A DNA stretch of 64,000 nucleotides, taken from positions 109,554,001-109,618,000 of the forward strand of contig OX597816.1 in NCBI GenBank assembly GCA_951406725.2, written 5' to 3'. Made by a program: the position numbers and the translations under genes. Under the pieces are notes generated by a model. That model ran no database searches, was not told where the DNA came from, and saw only the letters and a program-made list of their open reading frames with translations. The first letter of the stretch is position 1, and the number at the start of each line of letters is the position of its first letter. Source of the DNA: Octopus vulgaris (taxonomy: Eukaryota). This document shows positions 28,011 through 40,548 of this stretch, in pieces.

Positions 28011-29016
28011 AAGAAAGCATTATATTCAGTAAGAAAACAGGCACAGGAGTATCTAAGTGAATTCCAAATACAACAAATTCCAGAATTAGACGTACTTGAA
28101 ACAAGCACAGAAAAAGCCAGGCATATAAAAACCCGTGCTAAAACCACTCTTAAATATTCTTCTGATAAATGGCAAGAAAAACCTCTCGATGGCAACTACC
28201 CAAAGAGAGTTAATAGTGACGATGTTGACAAAGCCCTGACCCATCAATGGCTAGTGTCTTCTAGCTTAAAATCAGAAACAGAAGGGTTTATCACAGCAGC
28301 TCAAGATCAATGCCTACCTACAAGAAACTACCAGACCAACATATTAAAGACCGGCAGCTGCTCAACATGACATGTAAGTCAACAACAAAATGAAACCATT
28401 GATCATGTTGTCTCCAAGTGCAGTCTTCTTGCACCCACAGAGTATCTCAACAGGCATGATAAAAAAAAACTGGTGGGAACGCAAACCATCTCAAGTGCTT
28501 GAAAATGATTACATCTCACTCCTCTGGAATTTCACCATTCAAACTGACAGAAAGATAGATGCGAATACGCCAGACATTATATTGAAAGTCTTGTCTCAAT
28601 CGATATAAATGTATGTGATGACCTACCAAAAACCTAGCAAGTATAAAGATTTTGAAATGGAAATTGGCAAAGTATGGAACCTCAAGACTAAAGAATACAT
28701 GTTATCATAGGTGCTGTAGGAATGATAGCAAAAGGGACTGATTGCTACCTAGCTCAGATACCAGGTAATCCTCAAATGGCAGAAATTCAAAAGATAGTGC
28801 TCATGGGAACTGCCTATAACCTACGTACAATACTATGTAATCTCAAAATTTAAAACAAACTTATAATTTTCTTATATTTCTTAAATATTCTATAGAACAG
28901 TTCTATGTGCAAAACAAAATATATGATACCTTAGGCATAACACCAACATGAACTTCTAGCATGTCTCTTGAGGTCTGTAGGTGAGACTTGTACAAATACA
29001 AAGCAAAAGTCAAACA

Positions 29017-29018
<2 letters not shown>
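28010..29018 (+). mobile_element. R4/Dong-like RLE LINE 3' fragment (third in stack)
   Basis: KWQEKPLDGNYP, SSLKSETEGFITAAQDQCLPTRNY, NETIDHVVS, LLWNFTIQTDRKIDANTPDII, QKIVLMGTAYNLRTIL; 3' UTR then (AAT/GAT)n at 29019-29225. Confidence 0.9.
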
Positions 29019-29051
<33 letters not shown>

Positions 29052-29061
29052 TAACAATAAC

Positions 29062-29127
<66 letters not shown>

Positions 29128-29158
29128 AATGATGATGATGATGATGATGATGATGAAG

Positions 29159-29224
<66 letters not shown>

Positions 29225-29225
<1 letters not shown>

Positions 29226-29349
29226 GTATTGTACGTAGGTTATAGGCAGTTCCCATGACCACTATCTTTTGAATCACAGCACATACCCAAGGCACACAGA
29301 GCTGCGCTCGGTAGTGAAGTGAAAGCACGCTATAAAAATAAAACTACTG
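29225..29349 (+). mobile_element. Chimeric mini-insertion: 50-nt inverted local copy + RLE 3' UTR
   Basis: 29225-29274 is the reverse complement of 28785-28834 (49/50); 29272-29349 matches the 3' UTR at 27648-27726; ends in (AAT)n. Confidence 0.9.
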
Positions 29350-30571
29350 AATAATAATAATAAGAAGAATAATGATATAACTCATTTGTGCTCAATAGTT
29401 TTTAGGATAATCATCTAAATTATTTATGATGTCAATATTATGATGGTGATGATGATGATGATGATGTTGGTGAGGTGGGTGGAGGATAAAGAGGAAGACA
29501 TGCAAAAGATAGAAGTTGATCATCCTCGTAAGTAATAACAGGGTGGCATAGTGATGTAATGTAAGTTGCTGTTAAGACGTATCTGGATTATAAATCACTT
29601 GAGAATGATGATAAGGGAATAGATTTGAGTGATTAAAGATCCTTAGGTGGATGTGATGGAGAATAAAGACATATGAAATGCTATACTGCACGCCATATCT
29701 AAATGATGATAATAATGATGATCATGATGAAGTGGAGTAGAATTATCATAATACTGGAGATGAGGGAAAATTGGAGAAGCAGAGGAGGCGGAACAGGTTA
29801 TCGTTATGGTTGATCCAAATATGATGATGAAGTTAACTAAAATCTTGATGGTGCAGAAGAGGGGTAGTAGGAGTAGGAGGAAAGGAGATTTGGCGTAATA
29901 ATGTTTGAGTTATTTAACCCAAGGTGAGCCCTGATGTATATCTAATCAAATGCATTTCATCGACACTAATGTCATTTCATCTTTCGCATATAGTATATCT
30001 AGGATTTCGTTTTACCAATGTGCCTGTATATATTTTAGCAGTAGTTATTGAGTTGATGGGAGATTTTGATTACTATTTTTAGCGTTCATTTTAACTATTC
30101 CTCGTTGGAACTCGGTAAAATCTTATTCAATACGTAAAATCTTATTCAATACATTTCAGTCGACTTGGCGATACTGGTGATGTAGATGGCAAGAATGTTG
30201 CTGCTGCTGCTGCTGCTATTAAAGGTGATTATTTTGATGATGATGATAAAGATGGTGGCTATGATGATGCTTTCCTCTATCACCATGATTAACAATACCT
30301 TTTTAGATCTCTGAAAAGCAATTATATGCTCTAGATACGTATTACACGATTAAGTTATTTGAATTATAACATTATAACAATAGGTGCAGAAGTGGCTGTG
30401 TGGTAAGTAGCTTGCTTATCAACCACATGGTTCTGGGTTCAGTCCCACTGCATTGCACCTTAGGGCAAGTGTCTTCTACTATAGCATCGGGCTCACCAAA
30501 GCCTTGTGAGTGGATTTGGTAGACGGAAACTGAAAGAAGCCCGTTATATTATATATATATATATATATATA

Positions 30572-30766
30572 GATCGCCATGTTGATTCGTTAGCTACTGC
30601 ACGCATTTTTTTTCTCTCCTTCTTTCTGTGTTTTTCTCTCGCTGTGTATCTTTCTGTTGAAGAGCGTAGGCTCGAAACGTTAAAGACTTGTTTTATTTAT
30701 ATTTCCTGAGCGCCATACTAATACAATTGTTCGTTTGTTTTCCACCTGCCTTCGTCTTTTGTTTAT

Positions 30767-30770
<4 letters not shown>
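30572..30770 (+). mobile_element. Short hammerhead-bearing element (PLE solo terminal repeat / retrozyme-like)
   Basis: Non-coding, flanked by (TA)n on both sides, carries the hammerhead at 30649-30686. Confidence 0.7.
30649..30686 (+). ncRNA. Minimal type I hammerhead ribozyme, variant core
   Basis: tcttt-CTGTTGA-A-GAGC gtag GCTC-GAAA-CGTT-aaaga: 5-bp stem I, 4-bp stem II, palindromic ACGT in place of stem III. Confidence 0.7.
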
Positions 30771-30842
<72 letters not shown>

Positions 30843-32076
30843 ATGCTTGTGTGTCTCTGTTTGTCACCCCAACATCGCAAGAAAACCGATGCTAGTGTGT
30901 TTACGTCCCCGTAATTTAGCGGTTCGGTAAAAGAGAGACCGATAGAACAAGTACTAGGCTTACAAAGAATAAGTCTTGGGGTGGATTTGCTCGACTAAAG
31001 GCGGTGCTCCAGCATGGCCGCATGGCTGAAACAAGTAAAAAAAAAATTAAAAAATATCGCGGTATTTTTTGTATTTTAGTAATTAGTAATCACTCTGCAT
31101 CAAGACGTGTTCTATTTTCATTTTCACATCTTTCAGTTATTCTTAATGTGTTCTTCGTGCATTGCTTATGTTTCTTCTTGAGTTTATTGTAGTTTTTCTT
31201 GTTGTAATTCTTCAGTCCAAATGGCATCGAGTATTGACATTGGATTACAATTAATTTTGTCTTTCTTTGGCATTTCGAAGTATTGTGACACTATATTGTT
31301 AGGTTTGTCGCATTACGTTTTAGACTTAAGCCATTACCCTCTCATTCCATTCCATTGTTCTTACTGATTCGCTCAATGCCTCATATTTTTATCTCTTCTT
31401 ATCTCTAAATTTTCTCCTTTTACCTTTTCTCTCATGAAAAATATTCTGCAATGCTTTCTCTTCATTTCCAAATGTCTTTCGCCACCACTTTGATGCTAAG
31501 CACGAATTAATGTTTCATTCTTACTCTCCTTCAATCACCTATTTTCTATTCCAGAATGATCCTCTAAATTCCCTACCTCTATTTTAGACTTCGGTCTTTC
31601 ATCTTTCCGCTTTTCTCTTTTATTCGGGCTTTAGGTTTCGTTCCCTCCTCACCCCCTGTTCCTGCATTACACTGTATGCAAATCTGATAACTTGTCTTGC
31701 TTGATAACATAATGTTGGTGATGATAGTGACCGTGGCTGAAGTAATAGTAGTTGTTTCTATTGTCGTATTGTTGTTGATTGTGTCCCATGTTAGTGATGG
31801 TGAATAACTGTATCAAATTTCATTGGCGATAGCGTAGTTTATGCACGGGAAATCGTTTTCGAGAAGCAAGCCGCATGAAACATGGATCACCATCAGGCAA
31901 GGCTCACTACTAAAAAAATACAAGCTAATTTTACGTTGGTGTGACAATCAGAAAGTTCCGTGGACCTCATTTTGCGCATGACTGGCGTAGATAGTAGCTC
32001 TTACCTCTCTTGCACAGATTGTTAAGAGAATACCACTTGTAGCTGTGTAATTATCAGTGAGTAATTTTATTATTTT

Positions 32077-32077
<1 letters not shown>

Positions 32078-32153
<76 letters not shown>
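32078..32153. repeat. (TAC)n microsatellite
   Basis: Directly visible. Confidence 0.98.
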
Positions 32154-32154
<1 letters not shown>

Positions 32155-32544
32155 CTCTACCATTTTAAATAACCCTTATTAGAAAATTACAATTATTGAC
32201 ATAGTGACAACTTAACCAGAAACATTCATGAAATAAATACATAAAGCAACGAATTGGAAATAAATGCAAAGTTAATTAATAGTTTTAAGGAAAGGAACGT
32301 TTATTTGCTTTGGTCACTGAAGATTAATTAAAACTTCATAATAGCAAATGATGCGGAATATAAACAACCGCTCCGCGAATTATCTGTTAGGTTTCAATTT
32401 CTTGAGCAATTATAATGTTACTTATGACATGAACTACTGTAGCCTTTAAAGATTTGCAGTCGCTTTCCCTTTCTCCACTCCCTCTTTTTAATCAACTTCT
32501 TTTTTCTCTATGCAATGAAGCAGTCTATTAATGATATTCCGTTA

Positions 32545-33665
32545 TACATGTACCACAAAAGTACATTGTGATTCCATTCTTGATCTATTGTTACGTTGTT
32601 CGTCTTTTATGATGAAAATCAAGCTACAAAATAACGTAGAGCCTGAAGAATGCTTCACAATCGGAATATGTATCACATTTTTGAAAAGTGTTTAATGATT
32701 CTTGACACTGCTGACAATGCGAAGAAATGGAATCGCAAACATCACGAAACAATTCGTTTGGTATTTGTGTGCATTCAAATCAGCGACTGTTGTAGGTTTC
32801 ATAGCATAGACTTTGTCTTCTAAGCATCCCCATACGAAAAAAGTCTAGTAGTGTGAGGTCTGGTGAACGCGGAGGGTATTCAACGAAACCCCTTCGTCCA
32901 ATCCGCCTGTTTGGCAAGATTTCCTCAAGGAAGGATCTAACATCCCGATGGTAGTGTGAAGGCGCCCCATCTTGCTGAAAATAAAACTCCCATCTTCAAA
33001 GTCTTCTGTAATGCTTGGCATGACAAGCTGTTGCAGCAAATTGAAATAAACGAGCCCAGTCACAGTAGCGTCAAAAAGGAATGGTCCAATTAATCTTCTT
33101 GATGATAAATCACACCACTCTGTAACTTCTGGTAAATTAACATGTTGTTTCACCATAACATGCGGATTCTCAGGTGGTAGTAAATTGAATCATTTAATTT
33201 GAATGTGGTCTCATCACTCCACACAATCTTTGTTGAAAAGTGTGCATCTTCTACACATCGTGCCAAGTACCACTCGCAATACTTCACTCTTCGGTCTAGA
33301 TCATCGTCATTAATAGCAAGGACTGATCTTGGAACCTAACTTTTCCATTGACGCTTCAAAATGCGTTAGGCAGGCGATTCTGAAATACCTACCTCACGAC
33401 TTGCTTGCCGCACAGATTTTCTTGGGCTGTGACGATACGGTTCCAGCACCCCTTCTTGGTTTGTGGTTGTTGTCGATGTTCGTGCTCTTCAGGAACGCTT
33501 CTCGTGGACATTCTGCACACTTCCATCGGCTTCAAACTTATCTCTAATTCAAGTGATGGTAAGTCACGATGGTAAATCTGTTTGAAACTCCCTCCTAAAC
33601 TGTCCTTGCACTTCAACTTCGTTTTCCCACTTCCAGTAGCATTTTAGAACGAATTTCCTAGTCAG
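32545..33665 (-). mobile_element. Tc1/mariner-superfamily (maT/DD37D-like) transposase pseudogene
   Basis: Minus strand: KFVLKCYWKWENEVEVQGQFRREFQ...IRDKFEADGSV (HTH); [10 protein letters not shown]; [20 protein letters not shown]; FQQDGAPSH; [21 protein letters not shown]. Ends uncertain. Confidence 0.88.
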
Positions 33666-35955
33666 TTTGGGAAAATGTAACGTAAAATTTAACCCCTTTC
33701 CCAAATCTGTAGAAGTGAATTTGAACTTATGGTTTAAAAGTTCTTCCACAAGATTTGCCACTTGTTTATTTCTACTCTTCTCAAACTCCAGCTATTACAT
33801 ATTACGCAAGCAATATAATTTCCCGAGACAGTTGGCACTTTATTATTCATAGACATAAAAACATGAGGTGATAAATTCAACTCAATCCATGGAACTGCTA
33901 ACCTGTTGCAGTCATACGAAGGTAATATTAACGAGATAATTATATAATTATGCATAAATATTTTTTTATGTTATCAAAATAGCGTGTGAACACACTCTGG
34001 CAGAAATATAGAAACAATTTAAAATTATACATAATTAATACAAGACACAAGAGAAAATGTAATACTTCGCTCAGGCAAAGCAGCTAAGAATCACTAATCA
34101 AATTGAATGAACGTTAGAAAGTTGCATTGGAAATTATGCTATCAACAATTAACAAGATAATTATAAAACAACAGAAATAAAGTTAAAACACAAGGCACAA
34201 ATTTACCTTTGAGGTGAAAATCTGTAGACTACAGAGGATTAACCAAGCTATACTGAACAAAGTAAACAATCTGCATAAGATAGTGTATATAAACAGAATA
34301 AATAAAGATACAAATTCGAACGAACATTTTATCAGCTTTACATGATGATACGAATAATATAACGATTAATAACAATGACGACGACGACGATGATGATGTT
34401 GACAATGATGATGATAAAGAGAAGTTTAGCGATGATAAAACATTTAATGCTTTATTTATTAATTTGAGTGTTGTGAGTGTCCTGTTCATTTGAGTAGAGG
34501 TTTTAATAATTTGTCAGAGAAATCTTTGTGTTTAATGTTCATTTCAAGAAGTGCTAACAATTACATCTAAAGATGGATGTTGTTCACAATTTTTAAAATT
34601 GCATCCCAAACATTACTCGAAGCCTCTTATGGCGTGCGCTATTTCTAAGTAATACGTGTGAACACTGAATATGTACCTCGAAGGTTATTTTAAGTAGATA
34701 AATCAGTAAAGTGTAGAAGATATGGAATATTGATGTTTATGTAGATTCAGTTCATACGTCTATTTAAGCCTTAGGAAGAGAAGAAAGGGCAATACTCAAC
34801 GCCTGTTTTCTGTGCCTTCGATACTGGTGGAAGAACTCAAAAATGAATAATGTTTCATAGACGTTCCATGATACCGAATTCTCCTCAGGCTCGAAATCTG
34901 TTTCGAATACTTTCAGTTAGGTTCACATTGTTAAAGACACCTATGGGCTAGCGTTAAATGATTTAAAATATTAAATCTTCAATCCGGAATCTATGCTAGA
35001 ATACACTTACCTAAGGTGCAGGGATGTAGGATTCAGCCTCAATCAAGCAACTGTGAAGGGAACTTTTTAACCAAATGACAATGCCTCCATCCATAAACTA
35101 CATGCGTTACTTTATACCTGACCAGTTATGGTTAACCAAGGTGTAGGATGATTCTGTATTTTAAAGAAGTCTATCGATAATAAAGAAATCTGTAAACGGT
35201 GTAACACACTTCTCAACAGTGAGTAGATTTATTAAGAACAATATAAATCAAAACACTATCGGATGGATAGATCGAGAAACAGGTTATTTAATGAAAATAG
35301 TTTCAATTATTGAGATGGTTGACTAAATATATTTAACAATATAACTTTTATGTTTTGAACTTTTATTTTCTATTTTTAGTTTTTTTCTTTCATTTACCAT
35401 TTTAAAAAAAGCAATGAAGACTGAAAGAATAACTGAAGTGTGAAGTATGAAGTGTGAAGTATGGAATTTTGAGTAGAAATATTAAAATGTTTGGAAGGCA
35501 AATCAATAAATCACATTATACTTTTCATTACAAAATTTACTCAAGAAACTAATTAGCTTTAATAATGAATGTAAATAAGAAATAAAACAGCAAACATGGC
35601 AAAGAACACGAATTAAAAAAATTTGATTTCAAAGTACAAAACATTACAAAAGAATATAAAACCCAATAGTAAATCTTCAAAATCTTCAGGTTTAGGGTTG
35701 TTTCCTACATGTTGATATATATAAAACATGGAAATTCCCCCTTAATTTTGAAGCTTGTTGGATTATTAACAAACACTAAATTATAAGGGCGTGTTTTAAG
35801 ATTAAGTTATATTGATGAAATGAACGACACTACAAGAATACAAAGTTCATAGTTAAGGGAAATGTCTAATCAGGGGAGATAACTTCTACAACTAATATCT
35901 CAGTTTGTGCCTCCTAAGAGCTCACACACGCTAATACATAGACACTTATTCTCGC

Positions 35956-36014
<59 letters not shown>

Positions 36015-38071
36015 AAGACAAAAAAGAGTGAAAAAGCTACAGAGGGCTTGTGTTATATGGTTAAAGAATATATTTAAATCGTTATGTTAGAAAAGTGTTA
36101 TGAAATTTTGCGTATAGTAACATAGATTTTGAAGAAATAACCTGTTTCGTATTTTCTTTTCAAATTTCTCAAATTTCTTTATCTATATTGTGTCATGTCT
36201 TCGCTATGTTGTGAAATATGGAGTTCAAGGCAGGGGAAAGTAATCAGGGATTTTTTTACGGTATAAGGGAGATAATCAAACATGTTGGGAATGACTAGGC
36301 ATGATTTGGTTTAGAAGGAATAGAATGTTACAAGTGGTTAGGTTTTGCTTCACATTTTTTTCAATGAGGTGAGTTAGAAATGTTCGAAATGTTTAAGTTA
36401 TGGCTTATAATTTTCAATGGAGAAAGTTTCCTTATTTAATCTGACTTGTGTTGGTGTTCCAATGGCACATTGATAGAATGGAAAGATTATAAATTTTGGT
36501 AGCAGTTGCTTTGCGCATTTTTCAATAAGTTCACTAAAATAAACACCCTCTTTCAACCTTGCAAGAAGGATAGGCACAATAGTGTCAGAACAAAATACCA
36601 GAAACTTTAGACTGCAAGAACTCAAAAAAACCCTAACTGACAGACACTATCCAGTTCAACTCATGGAGGATGGAATGCTGCGCTTATCGGACCGGTGTCA
36701 ACTTTAAGGTTGTACCCTGTGAAGTTTAGAGTTTAGCTTTCTGACCTGTTCATTGTAGGTTTCTCAATAAATAGAAATACCTAATAAAATCAACATGCAT
36801 CATCTTACTGTTTCTTTTGTCACTTCATTGATTGTAAGTTTTTTTTATTATTTTTAAAATTTGTTATATTAATATATTTATCTGCATGTGTTTACTTTAT
36901 GCGTATTTCAATATTATGTATGCCTGTCATGTATTTGTGTACATCATTAACATATAAGTGTATGTGGATGTATGTATTCATATATAAGTTTATATGTACA
37001 TTTATGCATTCATGTGTATGTGTGTAAATGGTGCGTCTGTCTCCCAAACTCCAAAGTTGAGTAACGTTTTCATGCTTGGGTTTGTAAACTACGATACGAA
37101 TAACACTGGTCAACAACGAACTTGTCCAAAGGAAAAGAATACCTGTATCTTATACGTTTTTGCATGCATAATTCAAAAATAATGTCAAATTACCTTTATC
37201 AACCACAGTTTCTTTGTTCCACGATATCCCTCTCAGTTACTGTTACGTAGGCTAAATTTCAGTTAAGCAATTGATATGTGAAGCTACCGGTTTAAGAAAT
37301 ACTCCTAATTAAAATTTTTATGAACATAATTAACCTAGTGAAATCATAAATACAGCTATCTGAATCTATGAGTCACAAAAATATATGAAATAAAAAATAT
37401 GTAAAAATAATTATGCACAGAAAAAAGCACAGAAAAATACTAACAAAGAAAAAGTACAGATAAATACTAATACATAGAAAAAGCACAGAAAAATATTGAT
37501 ACACAGAAGCATAGAAAAATATGTAATATACTAACACACAGAAAAATTAAAACAAAAGGAATCGCGTGGTGTGAAGAATTAAGTGTGAAAAATCAACATA
37601 GATAACAGCGGCACAGAAAACAGTGATCCCCAACAAAGGGTGAGGTTGTCATGGTAACAAGCTGCTAATGTCATGCTGTCTGTTGAGTGGCTAGAATTAT
37701 CCAAATTTCCCCAATTTAATGCCAAATAACATCACATTCTTTAATTTACGAGATAAAGTAATTGGCTGATCGTAATCAAAATTCAGAGTTGCATCACTAC
37801 ACTAAATTATTCAAAAGACATACTAAGTATGTCTACCTGCTGGAAATAACAGTCATGTGTCTCATTTAAATCGCTGAAATATACTGATAATAACTGCAGA
37901 AATCAACCGTCCGAAGGCAAACGGGTTAAGTATTTGGACTCACATGGACCAGTTTCTGCACTGGCACAAATAGCCTCAGTTACTTCAGCATGCGTTATAA
38001 TGATAGAGACACCAAACCCGTCGTGTTGAAGTCTGCACTGCGACTTATCTGCTCATATATATATATATATA

Positions 38072-38561
38072 CAATTTCCGAATCACTTATCCGGAATCCA
38101 AAAATCCAGAATTACAAGAAATCCGACTATTATAAAAATTAGCTAACTTTGAATTTCGCAGGGTGTAGTATATCGCCGCGCGGCCGCATTGTTTTGGTTT
38201 CCATACCGTATGCTTTACACGACGCCACTTTTTAAGTGGAATAATAAGGATCAAACATACTCCAGTTATTTTGTACCTGTATCGCTTAAGTAACTTTATA
38301 TTCTTTACTTTTATTTGTTTACTTTCCCTCCTATATATTATACGTGGCACAGTATTCTATATTTTACGAATTTTAAATGGCTTAATAAAGATCACACATG
38401 CCCTGCTTTAGAAGTGTATTAATTTGTATATGTTATACAGTCTTGTTCTTTACTTGTTTGTTCATGTTATATTTTCGGAATATATTTCGCCCGTGTCCAG
38501 AAATCTGGAAAATCCAAAATTCCAGACCACCTCCAGTCCCAGATAAGAGGTTCGCTACCTG
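38072..38561. mobile_element. pogo/Tigger-like MITE
   Basis: Imperfect 23-nt TIRs (CAATTTCCGAATCACTTATCCGG vs revcomp CAGGTAGCGAACCTCTTATCTGG, 16/23), subterminal AAATCC(A/G) repeats, TA-rich flanks. Confidence 0.6.
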
Positions 38562-38752
38562 CATATACATATATGCGTGCGTGTGTGTGTTTTTGTGTCT
38601 GTGTTTTTTCCAATCACCGCTTGACAACTGACATTGATGTGTTTAAGAGCCCGTAGCCAAGCGGTTCGGCAAAGATACAGATAGAGTAAATACTATATAC
38701 TAGGCTTAAAAATATGTCTCGGGGTCGAATTGTTCGACAAAAACACTTCAAA
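38562..38752 (+). mobile_element. 3' half of OK-like SINE
   Basis: accgcttgacaac...gcggttcggcaaa...ctaggctt...ggggtcga matches 30870-31000. Confidence 0.7.
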
Positions 38753-38759
38753 GTGTTTT

Positions 38760-40310
38760 TGGGCCGAGAGGAAACTGTCCCTAAAAGGTCGGGTGGAGGT
38801 GGCGAACACGTACATCGCGTCCGTCATCTACTACCGCCTGACCGTCGTACCTCGTCCCGACCATACCATCACCAAACTAGAACGCATTCTCTTTCGCTTC
38901 TTGTGGAAAGGATGCGTCCCGATGGTCAGGCGATCCATTTGCTGTCAACACCCGCTAAAAGGAGGGCTGAGCATGCCGTGGTTGATGATGCGCAGACACG
39001 CGCTGAGACTGCGACATCTCTGGCTCTATGTAGACGACGGTTAACAGGTGTGGTCGCCGTTTGTGAGGCACGCTTTCCCGCAGCTCGTCTCCATGACCGA
39101 ACTGCAGTCGTAGATCAAAAAGAGGCCGAGGAAGGGCGATTGGCACCGCGAGTGTCGCGTTGCTCTCAAGCAACTCTGTCGACCTTGAGTGATTCCATCA
39201 CAACCCAAGCATTCTATAGGGGATTAGTGGAGGGGAGGTACGACGACGAGCTTGGGGCGAACCTGGACGTCGACGAGGAGTACCTGACCCGCCTGTTCAG
39301 GACGGGTTTCGGGCCAGGGCCCATGGACAACTTCCAGAGATCCCTGGCCTGGCAGTGCTACCGAGAAGCGCTATCCGATCGGGATAAGCTCTACAGACAC
39401 GGCTCGAGAAACACGGGGCCGACCTGCCCGAGATGCGGTCAGAGCGACGAAACCGTTCTGCACGCATTCGTGCAGTGTCCAACAATTTCCGACCTGTGGG
39501 ATTATGTCGAACAACTGCTGTCACGTGTGGGACGAGTCGGTTTATCAGCTGAGTCTATCGTCAATATTGTCACGCCTCCTTCCTTCAAACGGGAAGTAAG
39601 AGCTATTTTCATCATCCTTGTGGCTATGGCGAAAGAATGTATCTGGTGGACGCGTCTGAAAGGATTGGAGACAAACACTTTCCTCTCTGGTCAATCTTTC
39701 ATCAACTTCTTCAAGTACCACTTGAAAAGGAAAGTGAGAGTAGAGAGGCAAGTTTTGTCTAGCGAATGTTTTAAAAAAAGATGGGTGAATGTAGCAAGGA
39801 TGAAGAAAAGGATGAAAAATGACGAAGCCACCTTGAGCATAATCCTATGAACCCAGAAATTGAAAACAGAGGGTTACCCACTTGCAAACAAATGTGGTAA
39901 CATATAACAATATTGACCGAGGTTACCGTGGTCTTTTTCGTAGGCTTTTCTTCCCACGGATAAACCTTACTTGCTTTCCCCTTTACACCATATATCATAA
40001 CATTGTGATACACGATCCCTATTGATCGTTCTTTTTTTTCCTCTTCCCTTTTTTCCCCTTTTTTCTTCTTTTTTCATTTCTCTTTCCTTTTGTTCCTTTT
40101 CCTTTTCTTTTTTTTTCTTTTTATTCTTTTTATTTTATTCAATTTTTTTTTGTTCTTTTCTTCCCTTTTAGGATCCCACTTGATCGAAAACCTACGCCAC
40201 CCCCTTTTTTCTTTTGTTTTTTGATCTCTTCATCCCCCCCAAAAAAGCTCTACCTTGTAACTTGTCCCATCTGTGTGCAGCCCTGTGTGGCCAATAAAGA
40301 AACTTATCTA
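38760..40310 (+). mobile_element. Tx1/L1-clade LINE, 5'-truncated copy A
   Basis: WAERKLSLKGRVEVANTYIAS...FRFLW...GGL.MP; CPRCGQSDETVLHAFVQC; U-rich 3' UTR; AATAAA at 40293; near-identical to 51755-53245. Confidence 0.93.
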
Positions 40311-40377
40311 CCTAGCTAGCTACCTACCTAGCTACCTACCTAGCTACCTACATACCAACCGATCTACCTACCTATCT

Positions 40378-40548
40378 TTTTTTTTTGTTCTTTTCTTCCC
40401 TTTTACGATCCCTCTTGATCGAAAACCTACACCACCCCCTTTTCTTTTCTTTTGTTTTTTGTTCTCTTCATCCCCCAAAAGAAAAGCTCTACCTTGTAAC
40501 TTGTCCCATCTGTGTGCAGCCCTGTGTGGCCAATAAAGAAACTTATCT
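40378..40548 (+). mobile_element. Extra Tx1 3' UTR end
   Basis: Repeat of 40135-40310 with AATAAA at 40532. Confidence 0.9.

Larger units (their letters stand above)
30381..31045 (+). mobile_element. OK-like SINE interrupted by a ~200-bp insertion in its (TA)n
   Basis: Same family as 22438-22852 (AGTGGCTGTGTGGTAAG...GGTTCAGTCCC...GAAACAAGTAAAA); 30572-30770 is absent from the other copies. Confidence 0.9.

Noticed and set aside
30381-30455. tRNA gene
   Set aside because: A/B boxes belong to a SINE head; no complete cloverleaf.
32005-32042. 38-nt minus-strand micro-exon (cag|…|gtaaga; YKWYSLNNLCKR)
   Set aside because: Weak polypyrimidine tract and no partner exons; expected by chance in 64 kb.
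37645-37658. RFX X-box-like palindrome GTTGTCATGGTAAC
   Set aside because: Single motif with no associated gene or promoter evidence.
38714-39850. 378-aa ORF as an intact gene
   Set aside because: Chance fusion of a SINE end, an off-frame LINE segment and the ORF2 C-terminus via a 10-bp deletion.
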